This document shows, piece by piece, positions 1 to 12,300 of a stretch of DNA of 64,000 nucleotides. Position 1 is the stretch's first letter. Every line of letters begins with the position of its first letter. The translations under genes and the position numbers were made by a program. This DNA comes from Ophelia neglecta. Its lineage: Eukaryota. The notes beneath the pieces were generated by a model. It worked only from the letters and a program-made list of their open reading frames with translations, ran no database searches and was not told where the DNA came from. The DNA is taken from contig OZ260663.1 in assembly GCA_965285935.1 (NCBI GenBank), positions 19,344,001-19,408,000 on the forward strand, given 5' to 3'.

Positions 1-313
1 AAATGCAATAGTCGTGAAATTAAATTTGTACTGTTATTCCTCTAATATTTCAGACACCTGAAATTATTTAAGTTCCAGCAGTATGAATAATTAGAGGCAG
101 CACCAAAATTATTACAGTTTTAATTACTAGTCAATTCATAGTTTCCATAATAGTGTACAATGTAGGTGTGCTAATAATTAGAGGTTTATAAGACTAAGTT
201 ATGAGAAACTGGAGCAAATGCAGTAATAGAGTGTATGAATACCATAAGAAGAATTATGTTTTTTGTTGTTGACAATGTTAAAGTATCCATATTAATTTAT
301 TATTTTGTTACAG

Positions 314-3300
314 CAATATGAGGATGCAATAAAAGCTCATGATTATGGGAGGCCTGTAAATTATGAGGAGCTGCCCTGTCCCCCAGGCAAGTTAAACTGT
401 GTTAAAAACAAGAATCCATAACTACTGTAATGTCTTCTATTTCATGTTACTTTGTTTACATAAATTTCGCATATTTACCAAAATCTGGAGAATTAAATGC
501 TGTGAAAATATATCTCAATGATTTATTGCGAAAATTAATGTTCACGAAATTAAAGTTCCACAGAAGTAAGATCCGGCAAAAATAAATATATTTTTCACAT
601 GAAAAAAATCAGATTTTTGCAAAATTATAAATATCAGATTGACATATTATTTTGTCCCCCATAAAAGTTTAGCAGTGTTCCCTGCCTCTTCTCCTTAGGG
701 CTCCAATATTGGACCACATTATTTGCAGATGTAAAGTGACCAGATGACCACTTTGGTCAAAGAAAGACATTTTCCACCATCCCTACCTGGCTGTTAATAT
801 TGAACCCTAAATAGACTATAACCAGATAACACAATGCAGATTTATTTGTTCAAAATTTACAAATTCTTGGCGGTCGGCCATATTCAATCTGTATAACAAT
901 GACATGAGAAAGGCTTGGTGTGATTTGCCAATAGGAAGAATTATAACCAATCACAGGGGGTGTTATATTGAATATTTTTCAACCTCCATCTGTCCAGTGA
1001 GAGAGAAAGTTAGCTGATAATGTTGCAAAATTGGGCCCATAAATTTTTTGAAAAGACATAATGGTTATCAATGCATTCTCAATTATATCAAACATTCTGA
1101 AATGATGTTTAACCAAAAGCTTGTTAGTTAATTGCACATTTCTTTGATTCTAGACCTTACAGTACAAATATTACTGTTAAACATAATCCTTATAACTTTC
1201 CCAGTTTGCAGGAAGAAACCACCCAATTTGATAATAAGATCATTTGATTCTGATTTTATTAGGATTTCCACCGTTCCCTACTGGTGGAACTTCAAGACCC
1301 GACCCCTCCCCTAAACCGTCCCCTGCAGGGACGCCGACCAGAGCCCAGGGGCAGGCTGCTCCTGGGTCTGGACCTTCCCCCCAGGCCGGGGGGCTTCCTG
1401 CCCCCAGACAACCCCCTCCCAAGGTCTCCCCCCAGGGAGCTGGCAGGGGAAGGCACTCCATCAACAGACAAAGTGAGTACCCAACATCCCACCTCAAGTT
1501 TATTTGGTAATCATAAATATGACCTACAAATTACATTTAATTATTATCCAGTACTCCTAACTTTAAACATTGCAATTTTTCTGCAAAATTGATGCTCTGA
1601 AATATGTCTATATTATGTGATAGTGTCAACAACCGGCCGAGCGGAACAACAAGCTATATTTCTACAAGAGAGGCAACTACAGTTCAAGAAAGCTGCTTTA
1701 ATCGCCAAGAAGAACGGAGACATGGAGCTGGCGAAGAAGTATCTTAAACAGGGGAAGGTAAGCCCACGGCGCACTTGATATGACCTGCCTGGCAGTCACC
1801 TTAAACAGGGGAAGGTAAGCCCACGGCGCACTTGATATGACCTGCCAGGCAGTCACCTTAAACAGGGAAAGGTAAGCCCACGGCGCACTTGATATGACCT
1901 GCCAGGCAGTCACCTTAAACAGGGAAAGGTAGGCCCCAGCTTCCCTGATAACTCTGTATATACAGTTCTGGGCCTCCAAAGCGTGGCCGAGTGGTTACGG
2001 TGTCCGCCTCGCAAGTGGTAGATCGGGGTTCGAAGCTCGATCGCGTCAAACCCAAGACGTAAAAATAGGTACTGATAGCTCCCCTGCCAGGCGCCCGGTA
2101 TTTCGGGGGTAGTATCAGGACTGGTCAACCCAGTGTCAGTATAATGTGACTGGGTGGGGTTCCCTGTCTGGTGTCTACGGCAGGTACTCCAGTGAGCACT
2201 CTAAAGAGGGCATTGAGCCCACTGTCACAAGTAGGCACTGTGTCACAAGTAGTCACTGTGGCGATATGACCGATAAGTGTTGAAAGCCACGTAAAACCCC
2301 AAACAACAAAAACAACAACCAGTGTGAGCATTGGTGATATTAAAAGTAATCTATCTCCGTGACCTGACATGACCTGACATGGCCCCAATCATCTGGGTCA
2401 GATTGGTTAGAATCATTTTTTGTAATGCTGCCCACTTCACTGTTTTCACTCTGTCACTTTAGAGTAGATCACTCATAACTCCTTGAAGTGGACCCTCCAT
2501 GGCTCACCCTCTTTGTCAAGTGGCAATCGAAGCCAGTCTATGAAGGGAAGGGTCGACTTCTAGGGATTTGAAAGTCAGATTACAATGAATAAGTTTGTTT
2601 GAAAGCGATAGATCACATCAGATTGAGTCTTAAGTGGGCAGCGGCAGTGAGAACGATTCTATCAGGTCATGCCATGGCTGTAACTCCAAAAAGTGGGGGA
2701 GCCACTATAGATGGCAATGATGACATTTGTACAACCATGATACAAAAGTTTTCTTTAATTTTGAAAACCTATTGCCAGACGTATGCCATGATTTCCAGCT
2801 GTTTCAATTTGGTACAAAAATTGGTTAATTACAACCAGATACTGACACTAGGATACTATGATCATTTTGAACAAATTTAAGAGTTAATACGCATGGCTGC
2901 ATTATTATGAGCGATAACACTTGACTGTACAGCCTCTCCATGTTAAGTGCCTGGGGACCCTGGTACTGTTGTGGCATGCTGGGCAAAGTATTGGAAATTG
3001 CTGGAAAAAAGAATACCATGGGTTCCAATAGCAGAAATGATTGTGCACTCTGCACCAATTTTCGTTTTTTCTTACCTATGAGGACTAAGTTTGAAAACTG
3101 GTAATTTTTTTACCAGAAATATTGAATCAATTGCATTTCAAATTTCAAAAACAATTAACATTGGTGCGATGTTTGCACATATTTCTACTGTATTTCCTGT
3201 AATTTTCATGTCAATTTGCTCTGCCTGTCATCAGGGGCTAAATCTGCCACATTGACGTGCGGGTTTAACCCATGGCTATAATAACTGTGTCAACAGCTGT

Positions 3301-6300
3301 AGCATATTGTGACTCAGAATTTAGATGACCAGTGTATAATCATGATATGAACAGTGTATAATCATGATATGAACAGTGTACATGTATAATCATGATATGA
3401 ACAGTGTATAATCATGATATGAACAGTGTATAATCATGATAACAATAAGAAATTGCCATTGTCTTATTGCAGGGGTTTGATCAAATGATATTGGCATCGC
3501 AATCGGGACTTCCTGTGGATCTCTCACAGGTGAGTAGTATGCATAAACACTCCTGTTTTTTTTCATTGCACCCAAGTAGTATGGATAACCGAAAATTTTG
3601 GTTGGCAGATCCTTGCATGCCAGTTGGAATGTGGCAGCCATCTTGGTTTGTGGGGTGGCTATCGTTGTCAAATATGGTTTTAAAATCTAAATTCATGATA
3701 CATTCATTGTCATTTAAGGAGATTTTTACATTTGTTTATAGCTGGCCTATCTAGGGTCAAGAATGTCCATTTTCACTCAGGCCAGTGTTTTCTGATCTGC
3801 TGTTGTCCCCCAAACCAAAATGGCAGCCATGTTCGGACTTATTGAATGTTAGAAAAAAGAAACATTTGATTCACTGTTTTGTTTCTCCCTAGATTCCTCC
3901 TCCTCCTGGCAGTAAGAGATCTGATGAGAGTTACGCGTTTGTTGCTACTCCAGAAGAGGGAGCCCCAGTAGGAGACCGAGATGAGACGTACAAACGCCTG
4001 GAACAAGAGATGATCGCCCAGATACAGGCAAGCTCATGACTTTTAGCCTCAATCCTCTAAAGTGCCTTAAATGACCGTATTTTACAGAAAGTTTGGCAAT
4101 GAAAAAATACAAAGGCCAACTAAAATGTGTATGACTGTCCCGGGGGGGGAGGCACTCCCATACATGGTGGAGCTGGGAGGGTTCTGCGGTAAAGCCCCCC
4201 CTTTTCAACATAAATGTATGCCTTATTTGGGTATACTTTCAGCATGGGCCCGCTCTCTATGGTAGCTCTGTAAACCACTGTCTTTTTGAGGCCAAACTCG
4301 CTCTATACTGAAATTATTTTCCGGCGAAACTCGTTTCCTCCTAACAGACTTAAAATGTCAAATTTGATTGGCTTAGAATATGCATACAAGAAAAAGTCAG
4401 CTACATTTGGTGTTCTTTTCAGGGAAAATACATGAGGTATCATGTTTATCACACAAAAATTCGGTGGTACCCTCCACCGAAGGCTCTGCAGATCCTTTCT
4501 CACGGTCTTTCAGGAATCCCCCCCCCCCTCGAGTGACTGTAAGGCCTGACATTTCCATACACTGGAATATTTTCGCATGTAAATGTAACATTTCACGCTG
4601 TTATTAGGCCATGAAATGTCTTCCCTGAGTAGGGGTAGAGAAGGATTTTCTATGGTTAGTGGGGCTGCATGGGGAAAGGGCACAAAGACAATCTTCCCAA
4701 TTTCTATGAAAATTTGGGCTTTGTAGGGAAATCACACAAAGGCAATTTTTAAATTTAACTATTATCTTGAAAGTTTTTAAAATTCCCAGTTTGCCAAAGT
4801 TTCCGGGTTTAGATGTGTTCTTATTTACAATAACTTATCTGCTACAACAAATGTTATGTCAATTATTTCAGATGTGTACTAACAACATGGACCATTTTAC
4901 CAGACTGGGAGATGTCGGTTCAGCTACCAAGTCAGTTCTGTTTATTTTTATGTCCCTATGCTTTCATGTAGTATCAGAGATGTATATACCTAGAGATTGG
5001 AATCGAGGCCCTCGGCCACAAGGAGTTAACCCCAATCTGGCAAGCCGTGGTAAAATAATGTAACATTTACCTTCTGGGGTGGTGTAAAACCCAGACTACA
5101 CCAATTTATTTCTGTCTGCGTTTGACCGCTATTCGCTCGGCTTCCTTCATGTGAACACAGTGGGGGCTCCCGTGCACAATTCATGCACAAAATCCCGCAT
5201 ACAGCGTCATCTCATATGCGAAAAACCTATTACCATTTGCACAATCTATAAGGAGGGTCACATTCCAATCTCTGGGTATATACATCTCTGGTTGTATAGC
5301 CTTTATTAATATTTATGAATGAATGCATGGTGATTCTTGGCTGGGTTAATACATTGAATTATCAGAGTTATTCCATTTTAGAATTTCCCTGCGAATGTTC
5401 AAGTGTTCCTTTACATGAATGTTAATGTCCTAGTGTTCTCTTACATGAATGTTCTAGTGTTCTTTTACATTAATGTTAATGTTCCAGTGTTCTCTTACAT
5501 GAATGTTAATGATCTAGTGTTCCCTTGTATGAATGTTAATATTTTGTTCTCTTAGATCATTGTTAATGATCTATTGATCTCTTACATGAATGTTGATATT
5601 CTAGTGTTCTCTTACATGAGTGTTAATGTTCTAGTGTTCCCTTATATGAATGTTCATATTATACTCTTCCCTTATATAAATGTTGATATTATATTGTTCT
5701 CTTAGATCATTGTTAATGCCTTATTGGTCTCTTACTTGAATGTTAATGTTTTATTGTTATCTTACTTGAATGTTAATGTTCTATTGTTCTTTCACATGGG
5801 TGTTAATGTTCTAGTGTTCTCTAATATGAATGTTTATATTCTATTGTTCTCTTATATCAATGTTAATGTTCTATTGTTCTCTTACATGAATGTTCTATAA
5901 TTGTTCTATTTCAGGCATGTTCATTTGTTTTCTTAAACAAGTTACATAACTGTTCTACATGATTGTTCTATTACACGAATGTTATATTTTTCTATTACAT
6001 GAATGTTCTTATGTTCTCTTACATGAATGCTCTAGTTTTCTCTTACATTTATATTCTAGTGTTTTTGTACATTAATGGTGCAGTTTTCTTTTACCCGAAA
6101 TTTCCTTTTTTTCCCTTAATTGATTTTCTTTATTTTTAGATTAATTATTACTATCTCATGTTTATTCTAAAGGCCACATTTACTTTAAAACCTAAAAAAA
6201 AATAACAGAATTTATATGTGTATTTATTCTAGGTTTGAGAAGATGGTGGCTAACTGCAGAAAAGACCTGAATGCCATTAAGAATGCTTACAAACACGGAG

Positions 6301-9300
6301 ACCCCGTGCCCAGGTTTCATTACGAAACCAGACAGTTCTCTCTTGTACGGTAGGTTTGGCTCTAGGCAATTTCTTCTTCAAATCTAGTCATGTCAGCTAC
6401 ATTTGTTCATTAAACATGAAAATAGTTGTTTTAAGGTGCACTGATGTCTAACATGAATGCAGGCAATTCATGATATAAGTATGTATTGATATAAGTATAT
6501 AAGTGCATATTAAGTACCACGAGTGTTTATTTTATTAAATTTAATAACACTTTTGTTCTTTAGTTGTAATCCTGAACTTGGAGAAAACACCATTGAGTTA
6601 AATATCATGAGAGGACTAAACTTATATCTGCCTTCTGGTAGGTAGTATAGATTTCATTGTCATCCATAGGCTGGAGGCTTTGTTATTTATTTCTGTATTT
6701 ATGTAATAATAAATACTGATGAAATAACATAAGCTTTATGCCTTGGACCTTTACAATATTAAAAACTCTTTCAACACCACAGCCCTCTGCAGAAGGCAGA
6801 TACCCCTTTAGTCTAGGCTTTAGATACAGATATGCAGAGTTGAAAGGGTTTATTAAAGACTAGGCTGATAGAAGTAAGTTTTGTTAACAGGGCTTTGGTG
6901 AACATTAACTCAATCACAGTCCCCAGTATTCATCAGAGAACTAAAATGGCCTTTGTACTAGATCTGTGTATCCTTTGTCACTATCCTGTATGGTATTTCA
7001 TTTTTCTGTAAATTTAGCAGGATTTGAAAACCAATCACAGTTCATTTGCAAAAAAACCCTCATTTTCACACATTTTGTGTCCAAAATTATGTGTTTTATC
7101 TTATCGACTGTATTATTTGCCTATGTTTGATATTGATATTGCATCGGATGCATGCACCCGTATATCGTAGCATACAGATGTGTTGGTTCACCTCTTATCT
7201 TCTGTGACAAAGAGCAAATACGGACAAAGAGGCTTCTTTAAAAAGTATTCCAATTAAAGCAGGAAGACATGGAGTAGCTGCCTTGATATGAAGGCTTATT
7301 AGAAAGATAAGAGTTTGGTGTTTAAAAATGGCTTTTACGTAACATTTATTCGCCAATTTGGTCTCATTTGAGTGTCTTCAGAACTTCATTTATATCATTA
7401 ATAACAAAAGGGGGGGGATTCAAATTGAAATCCTGCACTGGAAAAAGGGCTTTAAATGTAGCAATAATGAAAGAAGAGTGAAAAGAAAGGCCAATTTGAA
7501 GGGTAATCATTCATACTACTGCCCCTTCTCATCCCATATGCCAGCATGAAATAGGTTGTACAGGCTTATGTTTATTTGTTTATTTTTCCACGTTACTAAA
7601 TAACAACATAACTTGCATGTATGTTTATTCTTCAGGATACTCTGAAAAAGACATGGACACCTATGTCAAATATGAATTTCCGTTTCCAAATGTAAGAGTC
7701 TTTATATGTTTTTGTGTTATTAATATATATTTCAAAGTTTGATTCAGCAAAAGGAGTTTGTAGCTTTATGTGTTATGAAGAAACTTTTAATCTATTTCTA
7801 TACACTATAAGAAAAGGGAAAAGGGAGACAGGGTTACGATTAAAAATTGTTTTCCCTAAGTATCGTCTAGAAATCAGGATTATTTACTTTACCAGTACTC
7901 CTATTTATTAGTTAACACATATCCCAGACAAATTTAGAGTGTATTATAAGTTCAGTCTAAGAGCAAAATTAACTCTTAGTCATTTCAGATTAAATAATTC
8001 TGTTAAATTCTTTACTCGTGGTTCATGTTGCAAACCAGGATAGTTTCTGAAATTGGATTTAATTAAATGTTTACTGCCTCTTTAATGGCTAAGGCTTTCT
8101 TAAAAATGTTATAAACCTCATTGATAAATAATGTTTTGAAATATTAGGCTTTACAGTGCTTATTTAGGGTCCTTTGTTTAGTGATAAATGCTTATTATTT
8201 TTTGTTAAAATTTATGTAACTGATTAACATTTTCAGGATGAGCCACAGAAAGGAGATTCAAACACAGTGAAGCACACAAGAAGTCCAGGTAGTTATCTTA
8301 TATAAAAGTCATTAAAATTGGAATATTTTTGCACCTATTATCAAGCAATACCTGAATTGAATTAATAACACATCAACATACATCAACAATATACCTAGTG
8401 AATTCCCTTAGTTTGGCCAAGGTTTTCGTAAGTCTGTGATGTTTTAACTTTGAGATGCGTTTTATGAGTAACTTTTGTTTTCATCATAAAAATCCACTTA
8501 ATTTGGAATATGCGCATGTTGTACGTGACTATGCAGTATACATCTAATAGTATTCAGTCACTGTGATTCAGATGCACTTCTAACTTATGGGTGTCCCATA
8601 TCCAATGTCATATGTTATAAATAAAAGATATGACTTTAACATGTGGAACTAAGAGACAGTAGTATATACAGCTGAGAGTGCTACTGGTGGCTCCACCTGC
8701 CACGCAGGTGATGGGAATAGCGCCTCTGGTGGGGGTCCTCCCCAACAAGTTTGAATATGCCCGCAGCAAATGGGTTTCCACTGACATATATAGTGCTGCT
8801 GAGGCCATTCCTGGACACAAATTTTACCGTTTACAAATAAAGTTTTGTTGGTTGGAGTATTTAAATGGAAAGTAAAAGCTTCCCTGGCTTAATTGATTCT
8901 GTGAAGTGTAAGAATTAATGAAGAATGATTAAGTTGGTTTTATAACATAGTTCTTTTCATCTTACAGAGTATGAGTCAGTGTGCAAACTAGATGTCAACA
9001 GGAAGTCGCGTTCATTCCTCCGTCTGCTGAAAAGTAGCAAAACACTCAAGTTAGATGTGTACTATAAAAGGTAAATACTGGACAAGCACAAGGAAAGGAA
9101 AGCTTTCTAGTAGTTTTAAAAGTTAACTAGAAAATGTCTGATTCATTTACAATTAAGTGATGATAGATCATTATATACATGTACGATGTATGAAAAAATG
9201 CATTTATTTTAATTATATACACAGACACTGCATGTTCAAAAAAAATATTTTCAAACATTGAACTGCAATGTCTCAATGATTGATAATAACTTGCCAGTGC

Positions 9301-12300
9301 GCATACTTACAGGTTTAATTAAACAGCCAAAATTGTTTAATTGGTCGTTTGTATAGCTCCCATTACTGGTTACAGTGGAATCCCTCCTTGCGGGCATCTC
9401 GGAAATACGGGCATTTCCAAATTGCGGGCAAAAAATCTTAGTCCCGTCAATTTTAACATGTGAAATATAGGGGCGGGCATCTCGGAAATGCGGGCATCCC
9501 CGAACTCCGAATTCCGGGCACTGATTTTGGTCCCATGGGCCAATTTTATCTCCATATTACGGTCATTGCCCGGAGTGTGGACGCCCATGTGCCTGTTTGT
9601 TTGTTTATCGCGCGGGCAGACCTGGCGGCGGGACGCATTACACAACGTTAACTAGCTGGTACACAACATACAATAACATCCTTTTGTTCATTTTCACACC
9701 TTGCTTGATATTTTGCCGGCATATTAGCGATTAAAGGCCGAGATCTGTTTGTTTATATCATTAAATACCCAGCGTCCCCAAGTTTGGTTCTCGATTGCGA
9801 TATTCCGAGTCCCTTTGCTGAGGTAACCTACGCAAAATACAATCAGATTAACCGAGTTGAACATGGGAGGAGTTACACCTCTTTGGTTATTGCTTTGTTG
9901 TTTTCTTTGAGCAGGCATAAATAAGATGGAGTTTCATTCTGGGTGGCTTTAATTTCAGGCACAAACAGACCAGGCGTTTAGATATTGCTGTATACGTGTA
10001 GTTCACGCCATTCACTGATAGATTCAACTCGCTACTGTTAATGCATTACTCAGCATTCACTCAGTCACGGAGACCGCCAGATGGCATCAAAGTTTACTCG
10101 CACAGAACTTCCGCTAGTGAAGAAAGTCGAGCTGATAAATAGAACCGATAAGACGAAAATCAGTCAGAGAAAGTTGGCAGAACAAGAGTTTGGCGTAGAA
10201 AAGAGCATGCTGCCAACATCCTCAAACGAAAACCGGACATTCTCGATGCCTAAAGAATAAAATGAGTTGCGTCAATTTACTTCAGTCCCATGCCCCCCCC
10301 ATTCACCCCGAACCCGCCAAACTCTATTTTATTGCCCATCCCGGAATTAAGGGCATCCCCAAATTAAGGCCAAAAATGTTCAGTCCGCCGGGTGCCCTTA
10401 ATTGAGGGATTCCACTGTATATAGTTTAAGTACCAGTAATAGTTAAGTCTGGTGTGAAGACCATTGTGTCCAGTGTTTGATGTGTTTTAAAGTTGACTTT
10501 AAAATGTACTTTCTTTCATTTCAGAGGTATATTTAAAAGTGACAAAGTACTGGGATCTGTCAACATAAAGCTAGCTCCCCTGGAGAACCAGTGTGTGGTC
10601 CATGAGAGTTATGATGTAAGTAGTAAGAGGGTTATCATGTAAGTAGTATGACAGTTATGATACACTATAAGTGACATTATGATGTAGGAGTATGTGATGA
10701 TCATGATGTCATTCCCTAGTTGTTCACCACTTACCCCACAGTTTAAAGGGTTGTCTGACAGTGTTTATGTGTGGTATAATGCCATGATGTACTTATTATA
10801 TAGAAATTGCTTAAAACACAAGATATTAGGAGAGGGTAACCATAGTAACATTTACTATTTACGTAACAAGAAGTTGAGGACCTCACTTGGATGGTACATT
10901 TAAACACTAAAGAAATTACTTATTTTATAATATTTTGTAATAATTGCATATTTGAGAAAGGAATATACCTTTTCATAATGGTTCCTTCATTCCTGTTTTA
11001 ATTATTTTCATCCTAAAGTTAATGGACGGCCGCAAGTCTATCGGAGGTAAACTGGAGGTCAAACTACGAGTCCGAGACCCGTTTGTGACAAAGCAGGTGG
11101 AGGAGGTGAAGGAGAAATGGCTGTCCATCGATGTGATAGAGAGAAAAGTGCCTATACCTACAAGGTAAGCAGCAATTAAGTACATTATAGGCGCATGATT
11201 GGTACCAGTACTAACTACAATGAGCAGAAATGGAAAGCCAAAAGCAGTAGTAGTGTAATGAATATAAAAAGAGTTAATTCAGTACAGAAGTAGTACTCCA
11301 AATTTTATGAATAAGATTAGAAATAAACCTGATGTGCAAAAATGTCACGACAGGTCATGTTGTTTTATTGTTAATGCTGTCATTCGCATATTCAACAATT
11401 AGACTAATATGTTTGTCTGAAACACAATCCTGAAATGGGCACCACAGCTTATCATGAACTGGCCAATTTTTGACAAATACAGTGGTCCCTGCAATGTAGG
11501 GTCACTTTTCCTGGGATTGAGGGGTGTCCCTACATCGCAGGGACCTCTGTATAATCCTTTCATGATTATGGATCTGTTAATGAATGAGCAATAGAGTGGC
11601 AATACATTTCAGAAGTAGGCTCGGAGCATGCTCTCACCATTACTGGTATGAGTTGTGTGCCTGTTTACTTGGAAAATGGCCCCATAATATAAACTAGTAC
11701 AGTGGTCCCTGCGATGAAGGGCCACCCCTATATCCTAGAAAAAGTGGCCCTACGTTGCAGACGGCCCTTCATCAGAGGTACTTTAACATGGTAAAGATAG
11801 GACATGGGAATTCAAAAACTGTCCTGCCATCGCAGGTGGCCCTACATCGGAGGAGCCCTATATCGCAGGGACCACTGTACATCCAGTGCTGGGCCCCATG
11901 TCTGGTATTAAAAGCATTTGTCAGACAGTATAAGTTCATACTTGAAGAATTTTTACATGGCATTCATACTTTAAAATCATTCGTTGATGTGGCTATTAAA
12001 TTTGGCAGCAATTGGCCTAAACTTGTTGGTACAAGTAGTACCTTTAAATTTTATATTCAAAGTTTACTGTCAGCCCAAAGTGATTCAAGATAATTATGGG
12101 ATTTACATTTCTCAGTTACAGTAAATATGCAAACTTCATGAAAAGTAATTTGTGAGTGAACTTTTGGTTTAAGTAATGTGGCCTTTACTAGCTGTGGAAA
12201 ACATCATGGTTGTTGCATTGAACATTACCACAGATAACCGAGTAGAGATACGAAATGAACAAGCTGCTAACAAAATATGTAATTTATGTTTAGAACAGCA

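Noticed and set aside
1698-1979. Repetitive 93-aa minus-strand ORF
   Set aside because: Antisense translation of the 57-bp tandem repeat.
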